This document shows, piece after piece, positions 25,487 to 33,422 of a stretch of DNA of 41,315 nucleotides (its first letter is position 1; every line of letters begins with the position of its first letter). The notes beneath the pieces are model-generated. The model worked only from the letters and a program-made list of their open reading frames with translations, was not told the origin of the DNA and did not search any database. The stretch lies in NCBI GenBank assembly GCA_964404565.1, contig CAYOKK010000003.1, forward strand, positions 1-41,315, in the 5' to 3' direction. The DNA is from an uncultured Candidatus Saccharibacteria bacterium. Its GTDB lineage: Bacteria > Patescibacteriota > Minisyncoccia > Phycocordibacterales > Phycocordibacteraceae. The translations under genes and the position numbers were made by a program.

Positions 25487-25924
25487 ATGAACCCTTCTGC
25501 AAGGACAGCACCACGCGGCTTCACCCTCATCGAGCTTCTCGTCGTAATCGCGATCATCGGCCTGCTGTCGAGCGTGGTGCTGGCTTCCTTGAATTCGGCG
25601 CGCGCAAAGGCGCGCGACGCGAAGCGGTATTCCGACCTGCACTCGATACAGCTCGGACTCGAGCTCTACTACTCAGATAGGGGAACGTACCCCGCTCATT
25701 CCTCGAACACCACCGTCGCCGACTCGCTCGGCGTGCTGGTTCCAGGGTATATAGCGGCGCTGCCGGAAGATACGGTGTATACCGGAAGCTATGGATATCG
25801 GTACTGTATGGCGGCCGGTTCGTATACGCTCCTCGCGCGCGACGAAGGCATAAGCAACTGGTGCCGCGTCTCTACCAGCGGCAACGCCTGCGGCTGGAAT
25901 CAGTTCGCACCCTGCGGACAGTAG
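25487..25924 (+). CDS. Type IV pilin/pseudopilin-like protein 1
   Basis: Class III signal RG|FTLIELLVVIAIIGLLSSVVLASL; YYSDRGTYP; 4 C-terminal Cys. Confidence 0.93.
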   Translation: MNPSARTAPRGFTLIELLVVIAIIGLLSSVVLASLNSARAKARDAKRYSDLHSIQLGLELYYSDRGTYPAHSSNTTVADSLGVLVPGYIAALPEDTVYTGSYGYRYCMAAGSYTLLARDEGISNWCRVSTSGNACGWNQFAPCGQ

Positions 25925-25965
25925 CGCGTGATACCATTACCACATAGCCATAACCTGTTTCTGTA

Positions 25966-27006
25966 ATGACCCCGACCCGCATCGCTATCAACGGCTTCGG
26001 CCGCATCGGCCGCGCCTTCGTGCGCCAGGCATATGACCGCCCTGAGCTCGAGATCGTCGCCGTGAACGACCTCGGTTCTCTTGAAAACCTCGCCTACCTT
26101 TTGAAATACGATACGGTGTACCGCCGTGCGCCGTTTTCCGTAGAGGCTACGCCGGCAGCCGCCGAAGGGCAGCCGGGAACGCTCGTGATCAACGGCAAAG
26201 AGGTCGCCTTCCTCTCAGAAAAGGATCCTGCCCAGCTTCCGTGGAAAGACCTGAACGTCGACGTGGTCATCGAGTCCACCGGTTTCTTTACGGACTATGA
26301 AAAGGCGAACGCGCACGTCGCCGCAGGCGCGAAGCACGTGGTTATCTCGGCTCCGGTGAAGAATGAGAATCCGCTCGGCGCCACCGTGCTCATGGGTCTG
26401 GACGAGAGCAAGATCGGTGCATGCCCTATAACCAGCAACGCCTCGTGCACCACGAACTCGGCGAGCCCGGTCATCGCTATCCTCGATGAAGCGATCGGCA
26501 TCGAGAAGGCGGTTCTCTCCACGACGCATGCGTACACGGCGAGCCAGTCCATCGTGGACGGCCCGTCGAAGAAGGATGTGAAGGAGGGCCGCGCAGCGGC
26601 CCAGAATATCGTGCCGACAAGCACCGGCGCGGCCATCGCCGTAACCAAGGCATACCCGGCCTTGGCAGAGAAGTTCGACGGCATCTCGCTGCGCGTGCCG
26701 GTGCCGGCCGGTTCGATCGCAGACGTGACCTTCGTCGCCAAGCGTCCGACGACCGCAGAGGAGGTGAATCAGATCCTGCGCGATGCTGCGGCTTCCGACC
26801 GCTGGAAGGGGATATTCTCTACGTCCGACGAAGAGCTCGTCTCGAGCGACATTATCGGCGAACGCTTCGCGTCTATCGCCGATTTGGGCATGACGCGCGT
26901 CGTAGACGGAGATTTGGTGAAGGTGCTCGCCTGGTACGACAACGAAGCCGGGTACACGCATACGCTCGTCGAGCACGCCATAAAGGCAGGGCAGGCAGCT
27001 GCATAG
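25966..27006 (+). CDS. gap: Type I glyceraldehyde-3-phosphate dehydrogenase
   Basis: IAINGFGRIGR, VVIESTGFF, catalytic SNASCTTN, RAAAQNIVPTSTGAA, WYDNE. Confidence 0.98.
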   Translation: MTPTRIAINGFGRIGRAFVRQAYDRPELEIVAVNDLGSLENLAYLLKYDTVYRRAPFSVEATPAAAEGQPGTLVINGKEVAFLSEKDPAQLPWKDLNVDVVIESTGFFTDYEKANAHVAAGAKHVVISAPVKNENPLGATVLMGLDESKIGACPITSNASCTTNSASPVIAILDEAIGIEKAVLSTTHAYTASQSIVDGPSKKDVKEGRAAAQNIVPTSTGAAIAVTKAYPALAEKFDGISLRVPVPAGSIADVTFVAKRPTTAEEVNQILRDAAASDRWKGIFSTSDEELVSSDIIGERFASIADLGMTRVVDGDLVKVLAWYDNEAGYTHTLVEHAIKAGQAAA

Positions 27007-27070
27007 TGGGGAAAGAATCCCGCGCGCGCTGCTTGTGCGATACTATGAGTACATACCTAACCTAATAGAG

Positions 27071-27364
27071 ATGGAACACGAATCAAACCTTGGCCGCGAA
27101 GTAGACCAGCTTAAGAAGCAGGTGCGGGTGCTCAGCTATGTGCTCGGCATCAGCGTCATCATAATCGCGCTCATCCTCACCTATACGCTCCCGTCAGTCA
27201 TCCAGAACAACACGTTCCGCGTGCAGTGGCGCGTGCATCATGAGGGAGAATCCATGGCGAACGATAGCGCCGATATGGATATGGATATGAGTGGAGGTAT
27301 GGACATGTCAGAGAACGCGTCAGCATCTTCATCGGCAGCTGAAGCGGCTGAATCCGCTCCGTAG
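27071..27364 (+). CDS. Small single-TM protein with His/Met-rich C-terminal tail; start ATG 27071 preferred
   Basis: Short coiled coil, TM VLSYVLGISVIIIALILTYTL, VHHEGESM...DMDMDMSGGMDM. Confidence 0.65.
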   Translation: MEHESNLGREVDQLKKQVRVLSYVLGISVIIIALILTYTLPSVIQNNTFRVQWRVHHEGESMANDSADMDMDMSGGMDMSENASASSSAAEAAESAP

Positions 27365-27366
27365 CC

Positions 27367-27861
27367 ATGCAGCGACGCGGCTTCACGCTTATCGAGCTGC
27401 TCGTCGTCATCGCGATCATCGGGCTGCTCTCGAGCGTCGTGATGGCGAGCCTCAACACGGCGCGCGCAAAGGCGCGCGATTCGAAGAGGCTTGCCGACCT
27501 GCATCAGATTGAGCTGGCGCTCGGCGCGTATTACGCCGATACCGGATCATATCCGGTGACCACATCACAGTGGTGGGGAAATTGCGACATAACAGCTACG
27601 TGGGGAAGCGGCAATCATCCGACGAGCGGCGCGAACGGCTGGATACCGAACCTGGCGCCGCAGTACATCCCTGAACTCCCAACTGATCCTAAGCCGAGCA
27701 CGAATGCGTGTTACCTGTACCATTCTGATGGGAAAAATTACTCAGTACTCGCTAATACTACGGTTGAGACATACACCGCTGATACGAATCCGCGTCCCCG
27801 GCCGAGCTATCCGGAAGCGCAAACCTTCGCGGTATATTCCTCAGGTGCGAGCGGTTGGTAG
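27367..27861 (+). CDS. Type IV pilin/pseudopilin-like protein 2
   Basis: RRG|FTLIELLVVIAIIGLLSSVVMASL; YYADTGSYP; YIPELPTDP. Confidence 0.93.
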   Translation: MQRRGFTLIELLVVIAIIGLLSSVVMASLNTARAKARDSKRLADLHQIELALGAYYADTGSYPVTTSQWWGNCDITATWGSGNHPTSGANGWIPNLAPQYIPELPTDPKPSTNACYLYHSDGKNYSVLANTTVETYTADTNPRPRPSYPEAQTFAVYSSGASGW

Positions 27862-27926
27862 TATCGGCCTTCGCCCCAGCTCCGCTTAGGAGTTCTTCAT
27901 GATTCTTCCGCTATACTGATATTCAT

Positions 27927-28409
27927 ATGAAAATATATCTCGCCTGCGATCACGCCGGATTCACCTTGAAACAGATATTCCTCGAGCAGCTGCCCTTGCA
28001 CGGGCACGAGGTAGAAGACTGCGGCGCCTTCGAGCTCGACCCAGACGACGATTATCCCGACTACGTGCAGCCGCTCGCGCAGAAGGTGCTTGCCGACCCA
28101 GGCTCATTCGGCATCATTACCGCAGGTACCGGGCAAGGGGAGGCGATGTGCGCGAACCGTATGAAAGGGATCCGTGCCGCTGTATTCTACGGCCCCATGC
28201 CCGCGCATGCTGCGCTCGATAGGGAGGGCGGACACTCGCAGGACGGGTACGATGCCGTGCGCCTCTCTCGAAGGCACAATAACGCGAACATCCTCTGCAT
28301 CGGCGCGCGGTTCGTCTCGCCTGCGCAGGCCGACGAAGCAGTGCGCACCTTCCTCGGCACTGAATTCACCGGCGATGAGCGGCACGTGCGCCGCCTCGGG
28401 AAATTCTAA
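27927..28409 (+). CDS. rpiB: Ribose-5-phosphate isomerase B (RpiB/LacAB family)
   Basis: ACDHAGFTLK, DDDYPD, GTGQGEAMCANR, SRRHNNANILCIGAR, RHVRR. Confidence 0.95.
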   Translation: MKIYLACDHAGFTLKQIFLEQLPLHGHEVEDCGAFELDPDDDYPDYVQPLAQKVLADPGSFGIITAGTGQGEAMCANRMKGIRAAVFYGPMPAHAALDREGGHSQDGYDAVRLSRRHNNANILCIGARFVSPAQADEAVRTFLGTEFTGDERHVRRLGKF

Positions 28410-28449
28410 TTGTCTCGCGCGTACGCTCCGTGAACGTTATGCAATACAG

Positions 28450-28475
28450 TACGTCACGCCGCTCGGCGTGACGTA
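28450..28475. promoter_or_regulatory. 12-bp inverted repeat abutting the -10 element (TATACT 28474-28479) upstream of rpe
   Basis: TACGTCACGCCG-ct-CGGCGTGACGTA. Confidence 0.6.
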
Positions 28476-28486
28476 TACTTATACAT

Positions 28487-29209
28487 ATGAGCGCTATCAT
28501 TCCCGCTATCATTCCCGTCTCGCGCCAAGACCTCGAGGATAAGCTCCTGCAGCTGCAGGGAATCGCCGACCGCGTGCAGATAGACGTGGTAGACGGCATC
28601 GCGGCCACGCCTGCGGCGTGGCCCTTCAGCGCGCCGGTTTCTTCCCATGGCAGCCCTGAATCTGTCGCCGAGGCACTCAGCTTCATGGGAACGCTGCACG
28701 TCGAAGCCGACCTCATGGTAGAGGATGCGCAGGCAGCGATGCGGCCTTGGATAGATGCCGGAGCGAACCGCATCGTGATCCATAGCGAGCGCGTACATGC
28801 GCTTCCGAAGCTCCTTTCTGACATACACACCCGGTACGGCCACGATACGGCATTCACTCCGGGAATCCTTTCCATCGGCCTGGCTATCCATGCCGCTACA
28901 GATATTTCCCTGATCGAGCCGTTCCTGGGGAAGGTCGACTACGTGCAGTTCATGGGCATCGCGAACATCGGGAAGCAGGGCGAACCCTTCGACCAGCGGG
29001 TCATGCCGAAGATACGCGCCTTCAAGAAAAAGTATCCGCAGATGCCGCTGCAGGTAGACGGCGGCGTATCCCGCATCACCGCGCCTGCACTGCTCTCGCT
29101 CGGGGTCGAACGCCTGGTGGTCGGCTCGGCGCTCTGGAATGCGCCTGATCTGGCGGTGGCGTACCGCGAACTGAATGCGCTCACGACGCGGTACGGCACG
29201 TATGCCTGA
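28487..29209 (+). CDS. rpe: Ribulose-phosphate 3-epimerase family protein (divergent)
   Basis: IIPAI, QIDVVDG, ADLMV, VQFMGI...GKQGEPF, QVDGGV, LVVGSALW; located between rpiB and tkt. Confidence 0.85.
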   Translation: MSAIIPAIIPVSRQDLEDKLLQLQGIADRVQIDVVDGIAATPAAWPFSAPVSSHGSPESVAEALSFMGTLHVEADLMVEDAQAAMRPWIDAGANRIVIHSERVHALPKLLSDIHTRYGHDTAFTPGILSIGLAIHAATDISLIEPFLGKVDYVQFMGIANIGKQGEPFDQRVMPKIRAFKKKYPQMPLQVDGGVSRITAPALLSLGVERLVVGSALWNAPDLAVAYRELNALTTRYGTYA

Positions 29210-29227
29210 ATGGTACGATACTAAGGC

Positions 29228-29746
29228 ATGATTCCTCTCGCAGCAGATTCACGACGCGGCTTCACCCTCATCGAGCTGCTCGTCGTCATCGCGATCATCG
29301 GGCTGCTCTCGAGCGTCGTGATGGCGAGCCTCAACACGGCGCGCGTCAAGGCTCGCAACGCGGCGTATGTCTCCCAGATGCGGCAGTACATGACCGCATT
29401 CGAGCTGTATTACTCAGAGTATGGCCAGTACCCCGTGTCAGGTGGATACTGGGCGTGCATCGGCACGGGCCGGCCAGGCGGCAGCCCGTGCTGGAGTACT
29501 GCATATTCGGAAAGTTCTTCTCTCTCTACGGGATTCCGGACAGCTATAGCTCCGTATATCAGCGGGACGGCGATTCCCGGCGTCGACCACGCACCGTATA
29601 CGCCGCTCTACTATTCAGCAGGGCCTTCGTACTATGCGATCATGGTGCTCGAAGGAGACGGCGATTGTCCTATAGGGGTCAAGGACACCGGTTCGACCGG
29701 ATATGCGAGTGCCGGAGTGATACGGTGCAACATTATCTATCCATAA
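29228..29746 (+). CDS. Type IV pilin/pseudopilin-like protein 3
   Basis: RRG|FTLIELLVVIAIIGLLSSVVMASL; YYSEYGQYP; 4 Cys. Confidence 0.93.
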   Translation: MIPLAADSRRGFTLIELLVVIAIIGLLSSVVMASLNTARVKARNAAYVSQMRQYMTAFELYYSEYGQYPVSGGYWACIGTGRPGGSPCWSTAYSESSSLSTGFRTAIAPYISGTAIPGVDHAPYTPLYYSAGPSYYAIMVLEGDGDCPIGVKDTGSTGYASAGVIRCNIIYP

Positions 29747-29797
29747 CCTGCATGCGCGCTGCGCGAGCGTGGGCTCGGCCATGCTATCCTTTTTCTA

Positions 29798-30667
29798 ATG
29801 GCGCTCACCGATCGCGGCATCAAGAAGCTTGAGAAGAAGGCGGAAGAGGTCCGCGAGACGATCATACAGATGCTCGTGGCGGCGGGAAGCGGCCACACGG
29901 CAGGGCCGCTCGACATGGCGGACATCTTCGCCGCCTTCTATTTTCATATACTGAAGCACGATCCTAAGGACCCTGAGTGGGAAGGGCGCGATCGGCTCAT
30001 CCTCTCTAACGGCCATATCGTGCCGGTGCGGTATGCGGCCATGGCGCATGCAGGATATTTTCCGGTAGAAGAATGCCTGACGCTGCGCAAGTTCGGCAGC
30101 AGGCTGCAGGGGCACCCAGAGCGCGAGAAGCTTCCCGGACTCGAGACGACTTCCGGCCCCTTGGGCGAAGGACTCTCGCAGGCAGCGGGCATCGCATACG
30201 CGCTTCGCATGGACGGAAAGACCGGCGGGAACGCGCCGCAGGTATACGTTTTCATGGGCGATGGCGAGCAGGACGAAGGGAACGTCTGGGAAGCGGCCAT
30301 GTGGGCAGGGAAGGAGAAGCTCGCGAACCTCACGGCCGTCATCGACCGCAACAACATACAGATAGACGGCATGACGGAAGACGTGATGCCGCTCGGCGAC
30401 CTGCGCGGAAAGTATGAGTCGTTCGGCTGGCACGTGCTTGAGATAGACGGGCACAACATGCAGCAGATCGTCGACGCGGTCGGCGAGGCGAAGGCTGTGT
30501 ACGAGAAGCCGGTGCTCATCATCGCGCATACCATCGCCGGCAAGGGCGTGCCGGATATCGAGTTCGACTACCACTGGCACGGCAAGCCGCCGAGCAAGGA
30601 AGAAGGAAAGAAATTTCTCAAGGAGATCCGCACGGCCGGCGGGCGACTTTCCAGCGAATACGCATAG
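29798..30667 (+). CDS. tkt: Transketolase, N-terminal (TPP-binding) subunit of a split enzyme
   Basis: GSGH, RDRLILSNGH, LQGHP, TSGPLGEGLS, TPP motif GDGEQDEG...DRNN, WHGK. Confidence 0.96.
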   Translation: MALTDRGIKKLEKKAEEVRETIIQMLVAAGSGHTAGPLDMADIFAAFYFHILKHDPKDPEWEGRDRLILSNGHIVPVRYAAMAHAGYFPVEECLTLRKFGSRLQGHPEREKLPGLETTSGPLGEGLSQAAGIAYALRMDGKTGGNAPQVYVFMGDGEQDEGNVWEAAMWAGKEKLANLTAVIDRNNIQIDGMTEDVMPLGDLRGKYESFGWHVLEIDGHNMQQIVDAVGEAKAVYEKPVLIIAHTIAGKGVPDIEFDYHWHGKPPSKEEGKKFLKEIRTAGGRLSSEYA

Positions 30668-30670
30668 CAT

Positions 30671-31669
30671 ATGATCAATCCTCTTGCACAACTCTCAGAA
30701 AAAGTATTCGCGAAGGATGTCGAGCGAAAGCCGACGCGCGACGGCTTCGGTACGGGTACGGTCGAAGCAGGGAAAGCGGATGAGAATGTCGTCGTGCTAT
30801 GCGCAGACCTCTCTGAATCGACGCGCGCGGAGTGGTTCCAGAAGGAATTCCCCGAACGCTTCGTTGAGGTCGGCATCGCCGAGCAGAATATGGTGGGGCT
30901 TGCCGCCGGCATGGCCATGGTCGGCAAGGTGCCGTTCATCGCCAGCTACGCGGCCTTTTCGCCAGGCCGCAACTACGAGCAGATCCGCACGATGGCGGCG
31001 CTCAACAACCTGCCTATAAAGGTGATGGGCATGCACGCCGGCGTCTCTGTGGGGCCGGACGGCGCGACGCACCAGATGCTCGAAGACATCGGGCTCATGC
31101 GCATGCTCCCGCGCATGGTCGTCATCAATCCGGTCGATGCAGAGGAGGCGCGCAAGGCGGTGCGTGCGGCAGCGAAGACGAAGGACCCGACCTACATACG
31201 CTTCGGCCGCTCGCCGGTGGCGACCATCACGACGCCCGAGACGCCGTTTACGGTTGGGAAGGCGCTCACGGTATGGGAGTCGGAAAAACCGAGAATCGCG
31301 CTTCTGGCGACCGGCAGCATGACCAGTATGGCGCTGCATGCGGCACGCGCGCTCGATGCAGACGGCATCGGCAGCATCGTGCTGCACGTGCCGACTATAA
31401 AGCCGCTCGACGCTGCTGCAGTCGCAGAGGCTGCGCGGCGCGCCGGAAGCGTGCTCACCATAGAAGAACACCAGATCGCCGGCGGCTTCGGGAGCGCGGT
31501 TGCCGAGTGCCTCGCCGAGACATACCCGGTGCCGGTGCATCGGCTTGGCATCCAGGACCAGTTCGGACAGTCCGGCGAGCCGGACGAGCTGCTTGAGCAC
31601 TACGGCCTTTCTGCGCCGCACATCGCGCACGTAGCGCAGCAGTTCGTAAGCCATAACAGAACATCATGA
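30671..31669 (+). CDS. tkt: Transketolase, C-terminal (pyrimidine-binding plus C-terminal) subunit
   Basis: LCADLSES, VGIAEQNM, GPDGATHQ, PTYIRFGR, TIKPLD, IEEHQIAGGFGS, FGQSG. Confidence 0.96.
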   Translation: MINPLAQLSEKVFAKDVERKPTRDGFGTGTVEAGKADENVVVLCADLSESTRAEWFQKEFPERFVEVGIAEQNMVGLAAGMAMVGKVPFIASYAAFSPGRNYEQIRTMAALNNLPIKVMGMHAGVSVGPDGATHQMLEDIGLMRMLPRMVVINPVDAEEARKAVRAAAKTKDPTYIRFGRSPVATITTPETPFTVGKALTVWESEKPRIALLATGSMTSMALHAARALDADGIGSIVLHVPTIKPLDAAAVAEAARRAGSVLTIEEHQIAGGFGSAVAECLAETYPVPVHRLGIQDQFGQSGEPDELLEHYGLSAPHIAHVAQQFVSHNRTS

Positions 31670-32157
31670 CCCGTACTTCTTCAACGTCCCATACGCCCCG
31701 CGCTTTCACCCTCATCGAGCTCCTCGTCGTCATCGCGATCATCGGGCTGCTTTCAAGCGTGGTGCTCGCATCCTTGAACACTGCGCGTGAGAAAGCGCGC
31801 GATGCGAAGCGGAAGTCAGATATGCATACGGTCGTGCAGGCACTCTCTATATACGCGCTCGACCACGGCAGGTACCCGGACTCGGTTACCACCGGAGCGG
31901 CAGCATGCGGCGGCATCTCGTACTGCCTCGCGCCCGTCGTCGAGACGTATCTGGTTCCGGACGGATACATTCCACAGGCGCCAGCCGACCCTTCCAAGGG
32001 AGGAACGAGCGCTAACTATAGATACTGCGGCTCTGCCAACGCCTATACCATCATCTCGTATAGCGACAAAGAAGGGGGATGGTGCCACGTAGCTTCTCCC
32101 GATATCAACACCGCATGCGGAAGCACGCCGAAGTGGTACGAGTATCCGACCTGCTGA
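31666..32157 (+). CDS. Type IV pilin/pseudopilin-like protein 4 (Ala at -1); ATGA overlap with the tkt stop codon
   Basis: RA|FTLIELLVVIAIIGLLSSVVLASL; YALDHGRYP; 6 Cys. Confidence 0.92.
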   Translation: MTRTSSTSHTPRAFTLIELLVVIAIIGLLSSVVLASLNTAREKARDAKRKSDMHTVVQALSIYALDHGRYPDSVTTGAAACGGISYCLAPVVETYLVPDGYIPQAPADPSKGGTSANYRYCGSANAYTIISYSDKEGGWCHVASPDINTACGSTPKWYEYPTC

Positions 32158-32168
32158 TCTCGGCTGCC

Positions 32169-32321
32169 ATGCTCAACAAACGCCTGAATCCTTTCGCTGC
32201 CATACTCGCGCTCACGGTCATCGCTTCAGTAGGCACGCTCTTTGTAGTGCAGCAGATATTTGAAACAGACTTTACGTACCAAGGGTATACGACCGTGAGC
32301 GCGGCGCAGTCTACCCGCTGA
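32169..32321 (+). CDS. Small (50 aa) single-TM hypothetical protein
   Basis: MLNKRLNPFAAILALTVIASVGTLFVVQQIF...; fills the gap between pilin 4 and the terminator. Confidence 0.55.
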   Translation: MLNKRLNPFAAILALTVIASVGTLFVVQQIFETDFTYQGYTTVSAAQSTR

Positions 32322-32370
32322 TTCGCAAAAAAAGAACTCTAGAGTTAACTCTAGAGTTCTTTTTCGCGAA
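32322..32370. terminator. Bidirectional terminator between convergent genes; 36-bp perfect palindrome
   Basis: AAAAAGAACTCTAGAGTT|AACTCTAGAGTTCTTTTT (32329-32364), outer TTCGC/GCGAA arms. Confidence 0.8.
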
Positions 32371-32373
32371 GGT

Positions 32374-33378
32374 TTAGAAGTCGGTGATCGCGTAGTCGGC
32401 GGGGGCGTCAGCAAGGTATTTCTCGAGCGCCTCGCGGGTAAGGAGGCCTTTCTGCGCGCCTACTTCCTGCACGACGGCCATCGAGTTGATCGGACCCCAT
32501 AGGAGCGCCTCTTCGAGCGGCTTGCCGAGCGCGAGCGCCGCAACGACCGTTGATGCGTATGCGTCGCCGGCGCCGGTGCGTTCGAACGGCCCGCGCGTAT
32601 CCGGGTACATCGGCACGCGCATGAAGCGGTTCCCGTCAGATGCGTATGCGCCGTTCGTCCCGTCGGTAATGGAGACGACCTTCGGCCCGAGCGCATGCAG
32701 TTTCGTGATGAGATCCTTTATATCGCCGAGGTCTTTGTCTGCCTTTTCAGGAAGGCCGAGTATCCGTTCCGCTTCTTCGACGTTAACGACGAAGAAATCC
32801 GTGCGCGCGTATATCGGCTTCAACGCCTCGATACCGAGCTTCATCTGGAACGTGCCGGGCTGGAAGGCGAGCTTCGTGTCAGGAAAGAGCTCGAGCATCT
32901 CTGCTATGGCGTGGTGGTAGGGCAGGGAGTTGTCGGCGAGTGAGGAAAGGTATACCCACTTCGGCTGGTGGCCGAGGGTAGGGACGTCGTAGTCGTAGGC
33001 TTCATGCTTCACGAGGATGGTGCGCTCGTTCTCGTACCAGAGCACGAAGTGATGGTTCGTCTGCTTTCCTTCCTGCGTTACGACGTAGTCGGTCTCTACG
33101 CCTTCATTCGCGAGTGCCTCGAGGCATTCTTTCCCGTGCGCGTCGTCGCCTATGTACGCGCGCAGCGCGGAAGCGAGGCCGAGGCGCGCCGCGCCGACTG
33201 CAGCGTTCGACGCATTGCCGACAGCAGGCACAGGCGTTGCTTGCTCGTACGGGATCTTATCGCCGAAGCGCATGCCGAGCATGCGCTGGCCATCTTTGTC
33301 GTATGTCTCGGCGTCGCCGAGGCGGATAAACGGTTCGGTGACGATGTCGCCGATAGCGAAGATATCGAGAGGTTCCAT
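32374..33378 (-). CDS. PfkB/ribokinase-family carbohydrate kinase
   Basis: VGNASNAAVGAARLG, IGDD, NVEEAERI, ITDGTNGAYA, anion hole ERTGAGDAY. Confidence 0.93.
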   Translation of the reverse strand: MEPLDIFAIGDIVTEPFIRLGDAETYDKDGQRMLGMRFGDKIPYEQATPVPAVGNASNAAVGAARLGLASALRAYIGDDAHGKECLEALANEGVETDYVVTQEGKQTNHHFVLWYENERTILVKHEAYDYDVPTLGHQPKWVYLSSLADNSLPYHHAIAEMLELFPDTKLAFQPGTFQMKLGIEALKPIYARTDFFVVNVEEAERILGLPEKADKDLGDIKDLITKLHALGPKVVSITDGTNGAYASDGNRFMRVPMYPDTRGPFERTGAGDAYASTVVAALALGKPLEEALLWGPINSMAVVQEVGAQKGLLTREALEKYLADAPADYAITDF

Positions 33379-33422
33379 ATACGTGAGAGTGTACCATCCG
33401 GCATGCGCTATACTGTGTGCAT
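33379..33422. promoter_or_regulatory. Divergent promoter pair for the PfkB kinase and fba in a 44-bp gap
   Basis: Plus strand TATACT 33409-33414, 8 nt before the fba ATG; minus strand TGG-TACACT (33388-33393), 9 nt before the kinase ATG. Confidence 0.65.

Noticed and set aside
25948-29750. CCATAACCTG found after pilin 1 and at the pilin 3 stop, as a possible insertion-site signature
   Set aside because: Only 10 bp, at different distances from the stop, and absent after pilins 2, 4 and 5
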